From a virus: a DNA stretch of 64,000 nucleotides. This document shows, piece by piece, positions 34,058-43,456 of the stretch; positions within the stretch are counted from its first letter, which is position 1, and each line of letters starts with the position of its first letter. The notes beneath the pieces are model-generated. The model saw only the letters and a program-made list of their open reading frames with translations, had not been told where the DNA came from and made no database searches. The position numbers and the translations under genes are program-made. The stretch is from IMG/VR virus record IMGVR_UViG_3300045988_085380, positions 96,001 to 160,000 of that record; one strand, written 5' to 3'.

Positions 34058-34332
34058 TGAGTATAGAAGAAAAAGTAATAAGCATTGTTAGTGAAGTCCT
34101 TGGCATAGAGAGAGAAAAAATAACTAGTGCAGATACTTTCGATGATTTGTACGCAGACAGTCTTGATTTAGTAGAAATTACCATTGAATGTGAAAAGGAG
34201 TTTAGTTATCCTATCACAGATGATAAAGTTCAGAATCTAAAGACTGTAGGAGACTTAGTTAATCTTATTAAAGACTTGGATAATAGGGATTACTTAGAAA
34301 GTACTCAGGCTGATTTACAAATAGATGAGTAA
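34057..34332 (+). CDS. acyl carrier protein-like
   Basis: FDDLYADSLDLVEITIECEKEF (DSL phosphopantetheine-attachment-type motif); 91 aa, acidic. Confidence 0.65.
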   Translation: MSIEEKVISIVSEVLGIEREKITSADTFDDLYADSLDLVEITIECEKEFSYPITDDKVQNLKTVGDLVNLIKDLDNRDYLESTQADLQIDE

Positions 34333-34366
34333 TCATCTAATTATTATATTAATTCAATTCACAATT

Positions 34367-34969
34367 ATGATTCAATTAAGTAAAGGAGGTAACATCAACC
34401 TCGCTAAAGAAGCAAATGGTGTAACAGAGTTTTCAATTGGTTTGGGTTGGGATGTAGCAGCTCAGGCAGGTGTAGAATTTGATTTGGATGTAGCTGCTAT
34501 TCCTTTGAATGCACAGGATAAGGCAGATGATACAGATGCAGGTTTGGTATTCTATAACAATCCAAATTGGAAAGATGCTATTAAGCACTCAGGTGATAAT
34601 CGTACAGGTGCTGGTGCTGGAGATGATGAGACAATTGTAGTAGATACCACTAAGGTTCCTGCAAGTGTTGAGAAAATTATCGTAGTAGTTAATATTCACG
34701 ATGCTAAGAATCGTCAGCAGAACTTTGGTATGGTTAATAATGCTTATTGCAACTTGTATGCTAAAGGTAATACTACTCCTCTGGCTAAGTTTGACCTTAC
34801 TGAGGATGCAAGTATGTCTCGCTGTATTGTATTCTGCCAACTTTATCGCCACAATGGTGATTGGAAATTCAAGGCTCTTGGAGAGGACAAGGGTAGCTAT
34901 CAGAACGTTATCTATCGTGATATTCTTCGTGGCTATGGATTCATCTTGCCAGATGCTCCAGCTATTTAA
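34367..34969 (+). CDS. terD: TerD-domain protein
   Basis: MIQLSKGGNINL...GLGWD...FDLD...HSGDNRTGAGAGDDETIVVD...GDWKFKALGE; start moved to ATG 34367. Confidence 0.85.
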   Translation: MIQLSKGGNINLAKEANGVTEFSIGLGWDVAAQAGVEFDLDVAAIPLNAQDKADDTDAGLVFYNNPNWKDAIKHSGDNRTGAGAGDDETIVVDTTKVPASVEKIIVVVNIHDAKNRQQNFGMVNNAYCNLYAKGNTTPLAKFDLTEDASMSRCIVFCQLYRHNGDWKFKALGEDKGSYQNVIYRDILRGYGFILPDAPAI

Positions 34970-35070
34970 TTAATTAAGTTAATTCGGTTTTAATTCTTGA
35001 TTCTATAAGGGAGTATCTTTAATTAGGTACTCCTATTTTTAGTTAATTCACAATTATTTAATAAAGTTTT

Positions 35071-35697
35071 ATGATTAATTTAAGTAAAGGTGGCAGAATC
35101 AATCTGTCTAAAGAGTCTAACAATGGTTTAAGTAAATTGTTCTTTGGTTCAAACTGGGGTGCCATTCAGCATCGTGGACTGCTTGGCATTGGTAGGTCTA
35201 TTGAGAAAGTAGATTTGGATTCTACTGTTCTTCTGTATGACACCAATAAGAATTGTATTGGTGAAGTAGCTTATTACAATTTAAGTGCTCCAGGTATTCG
35301 TCATAGTGGTGATGATCGCTCAGGTGATACTAATGGTAATGATGGTCTTGATAATGAGACTATTGAAGTACGTCTGAATGAGCTTGACCCACGTGTTGAG
35401 TATATTGCATTTACTCTCAATAACTTTACACATCAGACATTTGGTGAGATTCCTTATATGGGTCTTCGTATTTACACAGGTGACCAAGTACAGAGAAACA
35501 CTAATACTCCTGTAAATGTCTTAGCTAAGTTTAATCTTGAAGACGGTAAGGAAGGTACCAAGATTTCTGATAAGCAGGCGGTTATTCTTGGTATTGCCTA
35601 TAAGAAGGATGGTGAATGGCGCTTTAAGGCAGTTGGTGAGTTTGGAGGTTGGACTTCAATTGATGCTATGAAGCGTCCAACAATTGCATTTCTTTAA
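35071..35697 (+). CDS. TerD-domain protein (divergent second copy)
   Basis: MINLSKGGRINLSK...HSGDDRSGDTNGNDGLDNETIEV...GEWRFKAVGE. Confidence 0.8.
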   Translation: MINLSKGGRINLSKESNNGLSKLFFGSNWGAIQHRGLLGIGRSIEKVDLDSTVLLYDTNKNCIGEVAYYNLSAPGIRHSGDDRSGDTNGNDGLDNETIEVRLNELDPRVEYIAFTLNNFTHQTFGEIPYMGLRIYTGDQVQRNTNTPVNVLAKFNLEDGKEGTKISDKQAVILGIAYKKDGEWRFKAVGEFGGWTSIDAMKRPTIAFL

Positions 35698-35718
35698 TTA
35701 ATTATAATAACAGAAAAA

Positions 35719-38178
35719 ATGACAGATATAAATTACGGTCTTAGCTTAACAGAAGTAGAAGATTCACGTGCTAGACATGGTATTAATGTATTGACACCTC
35801 CAAAGAGGGATGCTTGGTATGTAATGTTACTTGATGGATTTAAAGATCCACTTATTGTAATATTACTTATTGCAGCTGCAGTATCTATCGCCTTGGGTTT
35901 TGTAAAGGGTGAATTTACAGAGCCTATTGGTATTATTGTAGCTATTGCTTTAGCTGTAGGTATTGGTTTTTGGAATACTTGGTCAGCAGCTAAGAAGTTT
36001 GACCTTCTTTTAACTAGTAGTGATGATACTCTAGTTAAGGTAAGACGAGATAATGGAGTAATTCAAGTAGCTCGTAAAGACTTAGTTGTAGGAGATATTG
36101 TAATACTTGAAGCTGGTGAAGAAGTTCCTGCTGATATTATTATTAAGGAATATAGCAATTTGAAAGTAAGTGAGGCTTCTTTAACTGGAGAAACAAATCC
36201 TGTAACTAAAACTAATTTTGAATCAGAAACTGCTACCTATCCTACAAATAGAATTTATAAAAGCACTATTGTGGCTGAAGGTACTTGTGTAGGTGAAGTA
36301 TTTGCAGTAGGAGATGAAACAGAAGTAGGTAAGACTGCTAGAGAAGCATCTTCTATTACTGATGTAGAAACACCTCTTAATAAACAGCTTAATGGATTAG
36401 CTAGCTTAATTAATAAGATAGCATTCACAGCTGCAGGTATTCTTATTGTATCTCTTGCTATACGTTATATATTTATAGAGCAGGGATATGTAGGCAAAGA
36501 TACTATTGATATTGTAAATGATTGCTTACAATTCTTAATGATTGCAGTAGCCCTTATTGTAGTAGCAGTACCAGAGGGTTTACCTATGGCTGTAACTCTT
36601 GCTCTTGCCTATTCTATGAAGAGAATGGCTAAAGCTAACAATCTTATTAGAAAGATGCATGCTTGTGAAACTCTTGGTGCTACAACTCTTATTCTTACTG
36701 ATAAGACAGGAACTCTTACAGAGAATAAAATGAAAGTAGTATTCCAGGACTTTACAGACAGAAATGCTGTTATAAATAATATTGTACTTAATTCTACTGC
36801 TAATCTTAGTCCTGTAGGAGAAGTAGTAGGAAATCCTACAGAAGGTGCTTGTTTGCAATATATACAAAAATCAGTTGATATTACTGATAAAAGAAATAAA
36901 ACTCATATAACAGATAGAGTAGAATTTAATTCTAAGAATAAATATATGATTACTAGCGATGGAGTAGTTACTTATATTAAGGGAGCTCCAGAAATAGTAA
37001 TGAATTTCTGCTCTAATGAGAAAATACCTAATTTTGTAGAACAACAATCTAAAGGCAGAAGATGTATAGCTTTTACTCACAAGGTTGGTTCTGATATAAA
37101 TACTCTCTCAGACTTCATATGGGATGGCTACGTAGCTATCGAAGACCCGGTGAGAAGTAATGTACCTGATGCAATTCAGGCTGCTAGAAACGCTGGAATT
37201 AAAGTTAAGATTGTGACAGGTGATAATCCTGAAACAGCCGCCTCTATTGCTGCTCAAGCTAATATCTCTCAAATTCCTAACACAATGCTTGGTAAGGAAG
37301 TTAAAACTCAAACAGATACTAATTTACGTAAAGTAGATGTATTTGCTAGAACTAAACCTGAAGACAAGCAGACACTTGTTAAGAGATTCCAGAATATGGG
37401 AGAAGTAGTAGCTGTAACTGGTGATGGTACAAATGATTCAGCTGCTCTTAACCAAGCTGAGGTGGGTGTAGCTATGAATAATGGTACTGATATTGCTAAG
37501 AATGCAGCTGATGTTATTCTTCTTGATAATTCGTTCCCTTCTGTTATCTTAGGAGTTAAGTGGGGAAGAAGCTTGTATAAGAATATTCAGCACTTTATTC
37601 TCTTCCAGCTTACTGTAAATGTTGTAGCTATTGGTATTGCTTGTGTAGGTCCATTTATTGGAGTAGACTTACCATTTACTGTTATCCAAATGCTATGGGT
37701 TAACTTAATTATGGATACTTTTGCTGCTTTAGCATTAGCCACAGAACCAGCTAATGAAGCAGTAATGTCTGAACAGCCTCGTGATCCTAAGGCATTTATT
37801 ATTACAAAGAGAATGTGGTATGAAATCTTTGGCGTAGGTATTTTGTATTTTGGCATATTATTATATTTGCTAATTAGTAATACATATAGCCTTACAGAGT
37901 TCTTCACTATCTTTGTTATGCTGCAATTCTGGAACTTGTTTAATGCAAGAGTATTTGGACAAGACAGAAGTATCTTTAACGGTTTGTTAAGTAATCCTGC
38001 ATTTATTGGAATATGTTTGGTTATATTTATTGGTCAAATTTTGATAGTTCAATTTGGTGGCGATGTATTCAGAACAGAACCATTAAGTATTGAAACATGG
38101 TTAGAAATTGTAGGTCTTACTGCAATTGTACCAGTTTGTAGAGAACTCCTATATTGGATTAAAAAGTTATTTAAGTAA
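35719..38178 (+). CDS. P-type (type II, Ca2+-transporting-like) ATPase
   Basis: TGET (A domain), VPEGLP (M4), DKTGTLT, TGDN, GDGTNDSAAL; about 10 TM segments. Confidence 0.9.
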   Translation: MTDINYGLSLTEVEDSRARHGINVLTPPKRDAWYVMLLDGFKDPLIVILLIAAAVSIALGFVKGEFTEPIGIIVAIALAVGIGFWNTWSAAKKFDLLLTSSDDTLVKVRRDNGVIQVARKDLVVGDIVILEAGEEVPADIIIKEYSNLKVSEASLTGETNPVTKTNFESETATYPTNRIYKSTIVAEGTCVGEVFAVGDETEVGKTAREASSITDVETPLNKQLNGLASLINKIAFTAAGILIVSLAIRYIFIEQGYVGKDTIDIVNDCLQFLMIAVALIVVAVPEGLPMAVTLALAYSMKRMAKANNLIRKMHACETLGATTLILTDKTGTLTENKMKVVFQDFTDRNAVINNIVLNSTANLSPVGEVVGNPTEGACLQYIQKSVDITDKRNKTHITDRVEFNSKNKYMITSDGVVTYIKGAPEIVMNFCSNEKIPNFVEQQSKGRRCIAFTHKVGSDINTLSDFIWDGYVAIEDPVRSNVPDAIQAARNAGIKVKIVTGDNPETAASIAAQANISQIPNTMLGKEVKTQTDTNLRKVDVFARTKPEDKQTLVKRFQNMGEVVAVTGDGTNDSAALNQAEVGVAMNNGTDIAKNAADVILLDNSFPSVILGVKWGRSLYKNIQHFILFQLTVNVVAIGIACVGPFIGVDLPFTVIQMLWVNLIMDTFAALALATEPANEAVMSEQPRDPKAFIITKRMWYEIFGVGILYFGILLYLLISNTYSLTEFFTIFVMLQFWNLFNARVFGQDRSIFNGLLSNPAFIGICLVIFIGQILIVQFGGDVFRTEPLSIETWLEIVGLTAIVPVCRELLYWIKKLFK

Positions 38179-38330
38179 TTAATGAGAGAGGACTGGTTAA
38201 TAGCTAGCCCTCTCTATAAATATTAGATTATGATTGTACTTAATATTGGAACCTTTATTATTACAATACTAGTTTGGTTTATAATTGGTATTGTATTAGG
38301 TTTATGGTTTCGATGGAAAAAGAAACATAA

Positions 38331-38738
38331 ATGATTAAATTTAAGCCATTAAGTAGTCGAAACGAGAATTGGATTTATCAGCCTGATTTTTATTTGCATG
38401 GTAAACTGTCTACTAATTATGAAACTGATGAGGTAGTTATGCAGGATGATATATTTAATACTCGAATATCTAGATATTATCGAGAGGGGGTAGGTTTAGC
38501 TCCAACATTCTTAGATATTCCAGAAGGCAAACATTTATGTGAAGTTGATGGGATATTATGTGCTATTTTTGTTTGGAAGAAAATAGTATTTTGTAAAGGA
38601 GGTTGGGTTAGCGACCTAGGGTATAGTGGCCCATTTGATGTTTGGTTACGACAAATAGGACTTATTGTAGATATTACAGATAAAGAAGGAGTACTTGATG
38701 CTCAAAATAAATTTAATAATAGAGAATCTTTTATATGA
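38331..38738 (+). CDS. hypothetical protein
   Basis: Intact 135-aa ORF. Confidence 0.55.
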   Translation: MIKFKPLSSRNENWIYQPDFYLHGKLSTNYETDEVVMQDDIFNTRISRYYREGVGLAPTFLDIPEGKHLCEVDGILCAIFVWKKIVFCKGGWVSDLGYSGPFDVWLRQIGLIVDITDKEGVLDAQNKFNNRESFI

Positions 38739-38948
38739 AATTTGAAGTAACTTATTTTGATTCTTTAAAAAATAGGGAACAAACAATTAGACTTACAGGT
38801 ATTAATGAAGCTAAAGTAAAAGAAAACTTCATTAGTAGTTATGATCAGAAACGTTATCCATTTAAGTCCATTAGAGCTATTTGAATGTTTATAGATATAT
38901 TAGGAACAGCTTTAGTCATCTTATTAATCTATTTAGTTATAGTAAAAG

Positions 38949-39176
38949 TTGACGGAAGAGAATGCTAAGAAAGCTAGTGAGTTATTAAATAAAATAGCAC
39001 TAGCTAAGAATCTAATGCAACATGAAAGTAGGTCTGACATACCTGATTATTATATAAAGAGCATAAAACAATTAGTTAGTTCTGATGATGGATTTAGGTC
39101 GGGATTTTATAAAATAATGTGTGCATTAGGTTCTAAATATTTAGATAGATACAAAGATATACTTAATAATTTATAA
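38949..39176 (+). CDS. hypothetical protein (TTG start)
   Basis: No nearby ATG. Confidence 0.4.
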   Translation: MTEENAKKASELLNKIALAKNLMQHESRSDIPDYYIKSIKQLVSSDDGFRSGFYKIMCALGSKYLDRYKDILNNL

Positions 39177-39265
39177 TTATGGTAATTAGGGGTATATTTA
39201 CAAATACTAAATTAAGTTCTATAAGATGAATTCAGATTATAAGAAATCTATTGAAAAATTATTTA

Positions 39266-39598
39266 ATGACTGATTCTGAAACTTTAAAAGATATAAGTAA
39301 ACAAATAGCTGATTTATTAGTTAAACAAAGTGAGATACAAGATACAATATTGAAAGCTGAATTATCCAAAAATAGATATAGATATTGCGATTATGGTGAA
39401 GATATGTATTGGTATAAAATCATTTCTGTTAATGAATGTAACTGTACTGTTCTAGAATTGCACTTGAGAGAATCTAACAAATTTGGTTCTATTTCATATT
39501 GCGAAGAATCTTTAACTTTGGCTAATAGGGGCGATATAATTACAGAGCAAGAATTCCTTGATAAATATAATGAATTTATAAACAAGATTAAATTATGA
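39266..39598 (+). CDS. hypothetical protein
   Basis: ATG 39266 preferred over the TTG at 39251. Confidence 0.5.
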   Translation: MTDSETLKDISKQIADLLVKQSEIQDTILKAELSKNRYRYCDYGEDMYWYKIISVNECNCTVLELHLRESNKFGSISYCEESLTLANRGDIITEQEFLDKYNEFINKIKL

Positions 39599-39891
39599 AA
39601 ACAGATAATTATTTTAGTGAGACAACACCTACAAATAGTTACCCATCTGCAAAATAGTGTGATTATTTAGGTGGAGAGCATTTCTTAATCTCTGTTTAGA
39701 ATTTTTAACATTTCTTAACTTGGAGAGAAGGAAATGCTCTTATATTGTTCTCGTAGAGAACTTGCCGTTAAGGCAAAGACTACCTATATAGGTAGTACTA
39801 TAAATATATATATTTAATATTTATTAACTATTTAATTTCAGTAATTTACTATACTGTTGACTTGTTAAGTTAATAAATAAACTTTTTACTC

Positions 39892-39969
39892 GTAGAATTA
39901 GTGTAGCTGGAGGCGCATACCTGACTTCCATTCAGGAGGCTTGCGTGGGTTCGATTCCCACATTCTACA
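39892..39969 (+). tRNA. tRNA-Gly(UCC), somewhat non-canonical (extra nt after the D-arm, 8-nt variable loop)
   Basis: GTAGAAT...CCTGA-CTTCCAT-TCAGG...GTGGG-TTCGATT-CCCAC-ATTCTAC-A. Confidence 0.6.
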
Positions 39970-40199
39970 CGATGTTTACTTCTTCTTCCTTCTATACAAT
40001 TAGATTATTTAATTAACAATTAAATTTTAAACTGTATGAAAAGAATTATCAAATCATGGTGGAAAGGAATGAAAACTGTAGCAGCTTGGTATAATGTTAG
40101 AGATTATCGAGTGTTACCCTTTACAGTAATCTAATTAGATTTCTACTAGTAAGTGCCAAATGGGTACTTACTGATGTTGGGAGAGTAAATTTAAATATT

Positions 40200-40276
40200 G
40201 GAGTATTAAGCCCTGTTGGTAAGGGAACTAGACTGTCACTCTAGTAAAACTAAGGGTTCGAGTCCCTTATATTCTG
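40200..40276 (+). tRNA. tRNA-Asp(GUC), weak D-stem
   Basis: GGAGTAT...CTAGA-CTGTCAC-TCTAG...AAGGG-TTCGAGT-CCCTT-ATATTCT-G. Confidence 0.7.
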
Positions 40277-40421
40277 CAAATAATGGAGAGGACCTAGCAT
40301 TTAACTAGGCGGTTGTTAGAGGTAGCGGTGGCAATCCACGAGTATGCCTGATAGCTCAATGTATTATTAGAATATGGTCACGATAGTTTGCCCGTCTAAT
40401 GCCATATTCGCCTTTATTCTA

Positions 40422-40494
40422 GCTTCTATAGCACAATTGACAGTGCAGCTCACTTGTAATGAGCAGGTTATTGGTTTGAGTCCAATTAGAAGCT
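40422..40494 (+). tRNA. tRNA-Thr(UGU)
   Basis: GCTTCTA-TA-GCAC-AATTGACA-GTGC-A-GCTCA-CTTGTAA-TGAGC-AGGTT-ATTGG-TTTGAGT-CCAAT-TAGAAGC-T. Confidence 0.9.
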
Positions 40495-40574
40495 CTTTTT
40501 AATATCTCAGAGTAGAGAACTAGTAATGGTAGAGAATAAGATCCTATTACAAAGTCAACCTACTTATAGTATAT

Positions 40575-40606
40575 AGCTCATCTATTAATTTAGGTGAGCT
40601 ATTTTT
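40575..40606 (+). terminator. intrinsic terminator after the tRNA cluster
   Basis: AGCTCA...TGAGCT stem followed by ATTTTTG. Confidence 0.65.
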
Positions 40607-40637
40607 GTATAGATTAATATTTAACAGATTAAAAGAA

Positions 40638-41279
40638 ATGAACAAACTTGAAAAATGGCTATGGACTAATTGTGAAATAAAAGATAGTGCACAAGCTACT
40701 AATTCTCTGTATTTTATATATGGGATATTAGAAATTCGTTATTCAGATCATCAAGCACATAATAGTACAGGAGATTTACAAATTATAAGGTCATCTGTTT
40801 ATGAATCTAAAGTATACGCAGTTATATTAAAAGGCTGTTCTAAAATTATGATAATTAATGCAACTCAAATTATAGAGTTTATAAAGCATTTTCGCATAGT
40901 TAAAGAACTAAATACTCTTAACACTATTAAGCTTGTTCCTTCTAATAAAGAGATTAATAACTTAGTACTTCCTGGATGCCTTTTTGAACCTTATAAAGTA
41001 AATTCTAAACATGTAAATAAGATATTTTTTAAGGGCAATTATAGATGGTCTAATACAGAAGTTAAATGTCTTAAACAAGCAGTATTATGCTATTTTAAGC
41101 AGTCTTGTGGATTTAATACAATATTCACCCACTATTTAAAGGAGAATACAGTAAGTTTTATTGAAGCAATAAACTTATATAAAATAATAGTATGTGACAA
41201 TAAGCAAACTTTTACTATTATAACTATAGATAAAGCAATAAAATATATAAATAGCATTAATGATAGTTCAACAAGTTAG
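40638..41279 (+). CDS. hypothetical protein
   Basis: ATG 40638 preferred over the TTG at 40605, which lies inside the terminator. Confidence 0.55.
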   Translation: MNKLEKWLWTNCEIKDSAQATNSLYFIYGILEIRYSDHQAHNSTGDLQIIRSSVYESKVYAVILKGCSKIMIINATQIIEFIKHFRIVKELNTLNTIKLVPSNKEINNLVLPGCLFEPYKVNSKHVNKIFFKGNYRWSNTEVKCLKQAVLCYFKQSCGFNTIFTHYLKENTVSFIEAINLYKIIVCDNKQTFTIITIDKAIKYINSINDSSTS

Positions 41280-41574
41280 ATGTGTTAATTATAATCTGTA
41301 TATTACAGGTTTAGTCCCCACTTCAGAATGGGAAGGCACAATAGTTTATAGAACTTATAAAGATGGACAGATAAATAAGTTTGTAGAGAAGTATGTTAAA
41401 GATACTCAACATAATAATTGTGTCACTACTCTGACTAGATTTATACCTATTGATTATCTTTACAACTTTGTATATAATAATGTAGAAGTTAAGGGAAAAT
41501 CTTTTAAATTACAAGAAGTTCTTATAGATAATTTAGATACGCCAGAAGAACCATTAGGGGGTAATTTCGGATGA
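41260..41574 (+). CDS. hypothetical protein
   Basis: Intact 104-aa ORF. Confidence 0.5.
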   Translation: MIVQQVRCVNYNLYITGLVPTSEWEGTIVYRTYKDGQINKFVEKYVKDTQHNNCVTTLTRFIPIDYLYNFVYNNVEVKGKSFKLQEVLIDNLDTPEEPLGGNFG

Positions 41575-41906
41575 TATTTAAAGTAAGTACATTTGGATAT
41601 ATTGATGACTGGGATAAAGCTTCTTTGAAAGAGAAGGATGCTATAATGAGAGCTCTTGAAAGGGTTAGAACAGCTTACATATTTGAAACTCGGAGAATAA
41701 TAAAGAGTTCAGAGGATGCTAAAGATTGTAATCCTCAAGTACAAGAATTAATGCCTTTTATAGGACACAAGTGTAAATCACATGATATAGTAGGTGTGTT
41801 TAAAGGCATAGAAGAAACTTGGGAGGACTATTATTATATCATAGAACAAGAAGATGGTAAAGTATCATATAATACAATGGTAGATACTATTGAATTTATT
41901 GATTAA
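41571..41906 (+). CDS. hypothetical protein
   Basis: Intact 111-aa ORF; ATGA overlap. Confidence 0.55.
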   Translation: MIFKVSTFGYIDDWDKASLKEKDAIMRALERVRTAYIFETRRIIKSSEDAKDCNPQVQELMPFIGHKCKSHDIVGVFKGIEETWEDYYYIIEQEDGKVSYNTMVDTIEFID

Positions 41907-41951
41907 CAATTATTAACTAATAAGTAATTAAATATTATATATCATAGGAAC

Positions 41952-42848
41952 ATGAATAATGTATTTTTTAAGAATGGGTTTCTTACGTCAACAGAAGCTC
42001 AAAATATTTGTAATGTAGCTAACGAGATTATTGCAAAATTAACAGAACATATTAATTCTGTTGGATTTTACGATACTTCTATAATTAGTATTATATCTTC
42101 AGATAATGAAATACATGCAGGTATAGGTAATAGAAATGTATCTTGGATTAAAGATGAAATAGCTACAATAGGTAAGTACAATTCTTTGATTGCTTGGCTT
42201 AAAGAGGCTATTAAAAATAAAGAGGAAGCTCTTGAAGAATTATCAGATATAGAACTTCGAGATTGGTCAGAATATAAAGATTATCCTACTCCTAAATCAC
42301 CAAGTAGAAAAGCTACGGTAACTAAAGATGATGTAATTAGAAACTTGGGAGCTACAGAACTCAATAAATACTTTACTTTGCAGTCTAAAGCAGCAGCTAT
42401 TGGTAAGTTTATACATGAAGGTGGTAGCGTTTCTAAGGCTAAGATAATGTTAGGCAAGGTAATTGCTGAACCAAATAAGATTAGTGGAGCTGGTAGGGAT
42501 ACTGTAGTATATAAGTACACACCTTCTGTGAATGTTGATGATGTGGATAATATGTTCTTATCTTTAATGTCAGAACATAGAAATTTAAATGCCCAACTCA
42601 ATAGTATTAAAGCTGATGCTATTGAAGAAGCAAATAAACAGAATATAGCTAATGAGCAAGAGTATCAGAAAGCTAGAACTGCTTATTCAAAAGAATATAA
42701 TGATTGGCTTGACAAAATTGAAGATTTACAGTCAAGATTTAATCAATATATAATTACTGAGAAAGAAAAGATTAGTAAACTTAAAATTAATGTTCCTGAT
42801 TCTTTGATGGAAACATATAAGTCTATTAAGGCTTTACTTACTGAGTAA
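41952..42848 (+). CDS. hypothetical protein, coiled-coil C-terminus
   Basis: Intact 298-aa ORF. Confidence 0.6.
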   Translation: MNNVFFKNGFLTSTEAQNICNVANEIIAKLTEHINSVGFYDTSIISIISSDNEIHAGIGNRNVSWIKDEIATIGKYNSLIAWLKEAIKNKEEALEELSDIELRDWSEYKDYPTPKSPSRKATVTKDDVIRNLGATELNKYFTLQSKAAAIGKFIHEGGSVSKAKIMLGKVIAEPNKISGAGRDTVVYKYTPSVNVDDVDNMFLSLMSEHRNLNAQLNSIKADAIEEANKQNIANEQEYQKARTAYSKEYNDWLDKIEDLQSRFNQYIITEKEKISKLKINVPDSLMETYKSIKALLTE

Positions 42849-42899
42849 TTAATAAGAATAGATTAAGGATTAGTATTAAATATATTACAGGAATATATA

Positions 42900-43250
42900 A
42901 TTTGTTGCGAGGATTGTCGCGATACCACATATTAGGTATGTTTAATGGTCGTTTCCACACATATTTTTATTTTTAAGTATCACCTAAAACATAATTGGGT
43001 TAAAAGTATTATGTGGTGTTACTAAGTCTAAGTCTAAGTCGTGGGAACGAGTCTAAAGCTAAGACACATTCTAAGTCTGTGCTGCTAATCCTTATGATAT
43101 TCTTTAGTTTGTCCTATGTTTCTTTAAACTGTAGGTGCTTCTATAATTAAGATTATAGTGACTTTTAATTCCTATACTTTTCAAGATGAGAAATCGGGAG
43201 GTTGATTTCCTACAATCATGGGTGGAGAAACTCTCCACCCTTTATTATTT
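42900..43250 (+). ncRNA. candidate about 350-nt ncRNA ending in a strong terminator; contains (TAAGTC)3
   Basis: ORF-free. CCACAT 42925-30 pairs with ATGTGG 43010-15. (TAAGTC)x3 at 43023-43040 plus further CTAAG copies. Terminator GGGTGGAGA-aac-TCTCCACCC followed by TTTATTATTT. Confidence 0.4.
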
Positions 43251-43267
43251 ATCTAATTTATTTAATT

Positions 43268-43456
43268 ATGAAGAAATTATTTATTTTTGCTTTCGCAATC
43301 ATTGCCCTCTGTTCAAGTTGTGGTAATGGTTGTTCTAGGACAACAGACAGTGTAGATTCTACATCTGTCGACACTTGTGATACAGTAGATTCTGCTAAAG
43401 TTGATACTGTAAATTCTGTAGATAGCACATCATTTTCTATGGTGTGTCCTGATTAA
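43268..43456 (+). CDS. small lipoprotein with VDS/VDT repeats
   Basis: MKKLFIFAFAIIALCSSCG lipobox; DSVDSTSVDTCDTVDSAKVDTVNSVDSTS. Confidence 0.6.
   Translation: MKKLFIFAFAIIALCSSCGNGCSRTTDSVDSTSVDTCDTVDSAKVDTVNSVDSTSFSMVCPD

Noticed and set aside
36580-37907. Four minus-strand ORFs (36580..36867, 36871..37080, 37108..37311, 37587..37907)
   Set aside because: They lie entirely antisense within the P-type ATPase gene, which carries all canonical motifs. Their composition is low-complexity, as expected for antisense AT-rich coding sequence.
17157-40560. HDV-like (theta-type) ribozymes immediately 3' of tRNAs
   Set aside because: These are reported near tRNAs in recoded gut phages, so I inspected all trailers. 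I could not find the nested P1/P2/P3/P1.1 double pseudoknot. Only a covariance search can exclude them properly.
43023-43040. (TAAGTC)3 and neighbouring repeats as a CRISPR array or satellite
   Set aside because: The units are only 6 nt with no spacers. This is far too short for CRISPR, so it is treated as a motif cluster within an ncRNA candidate.
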